DNA of 64,000 nucleotides from Plasmodiophora brassicae (Eukaryota): NCBI GenBank assembly GCA_036867785.1, contig CP145413.1, positions 806,001 to 870,000 of the forward strand, read 5' to 3'. Shown piece by piece: positions 60,605 to 64,000 of this stretch (position 1 is its first letter; each line of letters starts with the position of its first letter). The notes under the pieces were generated by a model. It saw only the letters and a program-made list of their open reading frames with translations, ran no database searches and was not told where the DNA came from. The position numbers and the translations under genes were made by a program.

Positions 60605-62349
60605 TTAGGCGAGGGCCGCCGCGAACGCCTTTGTGAATCCGAGCGTACCCGCCTGCCCGTACGTGTTGCAAGTCGCCGAGGCGGCACCCGGGGCACAGTC
60701 TGTGTCGCGGTCGAACGACCAGAAGTGGACGCCGCCCAGCCCGTTCTGCTTCACGAAGCTCGCCACGGTCTGTACGTCGGCCAGCGTGAACGTCTCGCCT
60801 GGCGAGTCGTTGCCGCCGATCATCGGTGTGATCTCGATCTGCGAGTACGGGATCCCGTTCTGGGTGTGCAGGTTCTGGGCGGCTTGGACCGCCGACGCCC
60901 CCATGTCGCAGTTGCCATCGCCGCCGACGACACAATTGCCACCGCCGGCGCTTCCGTAGTCCATCGTCATCAAGTTGATGTAGAAGTTGGACAGGCCGAG
61001 CTTGTTCACCGACGACAGGACCATGTTGCCGAAGGTGCCCAGCGTCCCCGACACGGCTCCACCCAACGTGGCCACCGTGAAGCTGAATCGCAGGCCCGGG
61101 TACGTCCCCTGTGCCGCCTTGACGCACTGCACCAGGTTGTCGATGTCTGTCTGCGTCTGGCTGCCTTCGATATCAAAGTCGACTCCTGCGAGAACGGTAA
61201 GCCGGCTGAAGGTTCCATCTGGCATGACACCACTGACGCACCGATTAGGCTTGGGGAGTTGTAGCGTCCGATGAACGCCAGGAAGTCGGATGGGTTCCCG
61301 CAAGTGAACGACCCACCTGCGCCGCCCGTCGAGATGATGTACTTGATGCCCGCGCTTGCCCAGGCGTTGACGTTCGCGCTGATGAAGGCGGAAACCTGGT
61401 ATGAGCCCCAGGCTTCCGACGTGCATGACCCGCCTGCGAAGGCCCACGTGACGGTGGTGATACCCGTGCCGGCCAGCGCGGATAGTAGGTTCGTCTGTGA
61501 TCCGGTAATCGATGTGCTGATGGCGTTTGTGTTCGCGTCGTAGTAGATCGTCACGTCCTTGTACGGGCCGAACACGAACGAGGGAGCCGTCCCCGACGCT
61601 TGTGCAGGTGGTGCTGCTGGTGCCGCCCCAGGCGATGCTGGATCTGGCGATGGAGCACCACCAGACGCTGGTGCGGGAAGTGGCGTTCCAGTAGACTCTG
61701 GTGCGGGAAGTGGCGTTCCAGTAGACGGTGGTGCGGGAAGTGGCGTACCAGCAGATGCGGGGGCGGGCTGGCCAGGCGGGCCATTCGTCGGCATCGGCAA
61801 GGGGGTCATGGGCAGAGGTGGCGGCGTAGGAATCGGGTTGCCCGCCTGCGGCTGCCCAGGGAGACCTCCTGCTGGCGCTCCCTGAGGCATGGCAGGCGGT
61901 GGCGGCGGAGCTTGCGGTTGTCCTTGTCCTGGGCCTGGCGGACCTTGACCTTGACCTTGACCCTGCCATCCTGGCTGGCCTTGACCCTGGCCTCCTGGCT
62001 GTCCTTGGCCCTGGCCTGGCCACCCGCCCTGTGGACCTTGCCCTTGGCTCTGTGCATCTCCTTGTCCCTGGCCGCGCCGCCCACGATGTCGGCCGTGCCC
62101 TCCACCCTGTCCAGGGGATCCTCCTCCGTATCCACCTCCGCCACGGCCACCTCCACCGTAACCGCCTCCACCGTGGCCGCCTCCACCGTGACCGCCTCCA
62201 CCGTGACCGCCTCCACCGTGGCCGCCTCCACCGTGACCGCCTCCCCCGTGTCCCCAACGACCCTGCGAGGATGCATCTTCACCTTGGCTATCAGCTAGCG
62301 ATACGACGATCGCGAGGAGCGCGACGATGATCGGGATCGTGAGTCGCAT
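60605..62349 (-). CDS. Secreted GH18 chitinase with long Gly/His-, Gln/Gly- and Pro-rich N-terminal region
   Basis: Signal peptide; ISTGGAGG, LIG-VDFDIEG (intron 61186-61241), NLMTMDYG, ITPMIGGND, HFWSFDRD. Confidence 0.92.
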
Positions 62350-62634
62350 TGGCAGAGTGCTGATGTTCCCACGCCTATATCACAATGAACCTGTCGGGAC
62401 CTGGGGATCACACTGTCTGCAGGTAGTCACCGCTGCCGTCGTCGCTGCGTGTTCCCTTAACGGAACACGTTTCCCCCAGCCCCGTTGTGACACTGTCGTC
62501 ACTTTGACGCCGCTTCAGTTTCATTAAGGTCTTCCGTATTGGCCTACCTGGCATATTCTATGCAGGCGCTCCCCTGCTTCCCCAGTGAAGGTTATGTTAC
62601 GTCAGTGTATTCGTTGATGAACGATGGCCTCCAC

Positions 62635-64000
62635 CTAAACCGAGGTGTCGGTCAGGAAAATGGCCGCCCCAGCCAGGATCCATTGTCGAGCGTCGCCAGA
62701 GCACGGCAACTTCAGTTCGCTGACTACTTTGTCCCGGGTTGTTGACTCGTATAGTGGTAACTGGACGGCATCGTTGTACGGGTCAGGTTGCGCGGCATCG
62801 ACGAACGCAATGTAGCAGAGTGGCAGCGCCTGCAGTAACGGGGACTGAGCACTCAGGGAGGAAAGTTGCCCATTGGTGAACGCCGCTCCCTGAAGAAGAA
62901 GCCTGCGCGCGCGCATAGCGTTCAGAACGAATCAGGCATGAACATTGCTCCTGTTCCTATCGTACCCTTCGACCTGCATGACAGGCGACGCTGCGCGTGG
63001 CACTCTTGTCCTGTCGAGCGCACAGACGATCCTGAGCGAGTCGATCGACAGCTGGAGCTGCCGTGCTGTCTCCTGTCGGAACGCGTTCAGGAAGGCCGCC
63101 GGGTGGAACAGGTGGGCGAGGCGCAACGGAGCGCTCAGGAGCGAATTCGACGACAGCCGGTCGGCCCACGACGCCAGCGCAGGTTGTCGTGATATGACTT
63201 CGGAAACGAACGCGGATGCATTTTCAGGGCCGCTGGCCCAGATGCTTGACCAACTATGCAAACACGAGTTCGTCAACCGTACAGGACGTTATGGCTTTAC
63301 GCATCGCATACCTGGACGGGACGGAACCCTTCATTAGGGCCCTGGCATCGGCTTCGATCTGGGACGTTCGTATACCGGTGCCTGACCAGACCAGGTCGTA
63401 CAGCGCACCCAGGCTGCTGTCGATGACCGCAGCCAGGTTCGTGACTCGGCATTTCTCGAGGTTCAGGAAGTTGACAAGCGGCGAAGCATCGTCACCGGGA
63501 GGTGTGTCCGCGCCATACGTGGGGCCGTTCCGAGGTGATGAGCGCCACAGCGTCATCACGGGAGACAGAAGCGCCCGCCAAGCGTCACGATCGTATCGGT
63601 CAGCGTGGGCAGCACTGACGAGCGCATGGTGCAGCGTTTTCAGCTGCCCCAGTACCGCAGCGCTTCGTTGACGCTGAACGCTGCCCTCGACGTTCTCCGG
63701 TAACCCGAAGACGAGGGGCGAATCGGTGTCGGGCAGTGAACGTATTACTCGAAGGAAGTCGCCGTGGGCCGCACTCGAAGGGATGCGCACGCTGGGACCC
63801 AGGTCGACGTCGTCCCGGAATATGTTCTCGATGTAAGCACGTAGGACTCGACAGTCGAATGCGTTATCGATGCGGCCACCGTAGACCGCGTCCTGCATCA
63901 GCCCATAAATCGTAGGCCATGGCACCGGCGAAGGAGCGCTGCGCCCGGAACAGATACCGTCGATGATATCCGCACCTGCTCGCAGGTCGGCCAGGGAAAA
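62635..64000 (-). CDS. DYNC2H1: Cytoplasmic dynein-2 (IFT) heavy chain, C-terminal part
   Basis: ADLRAGAD...WPTIYGLMQDAVYGGRIDNAFD, LFHPAAFLNAFRQETAR, LLLQGAAF, WILAGAAIFL; gene continues beyond the window. Confidence 0.88.

Overview
Gene-dense, GC-rich eukaryotic DNA with short (about 55-75 nt) GT-AG introns carrying CTGAC/CTAAC-like branch points. Axonemal and IFT dyneins point to a flagellated protist. The style and the secreted chitinase suggest a phytomyxid such as Plasmodiophora; this is inference, not checked. Ordinary genes include a PH-domain protein, a cyclic-nucleotide-regulated K+ channel, LysRS, complex I 24-kDa subunit, mitochondrial L13, an intronless 13.9-kb outer-arm dynein heavy chain, an SGNH esterase, a SET-domain methyltransferase, a sphingolipid synthase, a hybrid histidine kinase, TopBP1, an EF-hand protein, RNA 3'-phosphate cyclase, a GH18 chitinase and the end of dynein-2 heavy chain. 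The most striking feature is a candidate two-gene mobile element at about 16.1-23.7 kb. It has an intact, spliced Crypton-like tyrosine recombinase with an N-terminal SAP-like domain, followed by an intact RecQ-like helicase. Downstream lie tandem repeats, a loxP-geometry palindrome and a direct-inverted-direct triplication. Also notable: two TIR elements with perfect 8-bp TSDs, a foldback element, a catalytically dead N-acylated peroxiredoxin, a stand-alone Gag-like ORF, a signal-peptide TCP11 protein and a tandem pair of secreted Cys-containing proteins. All family calls are by eye from motifs; no database search was run.
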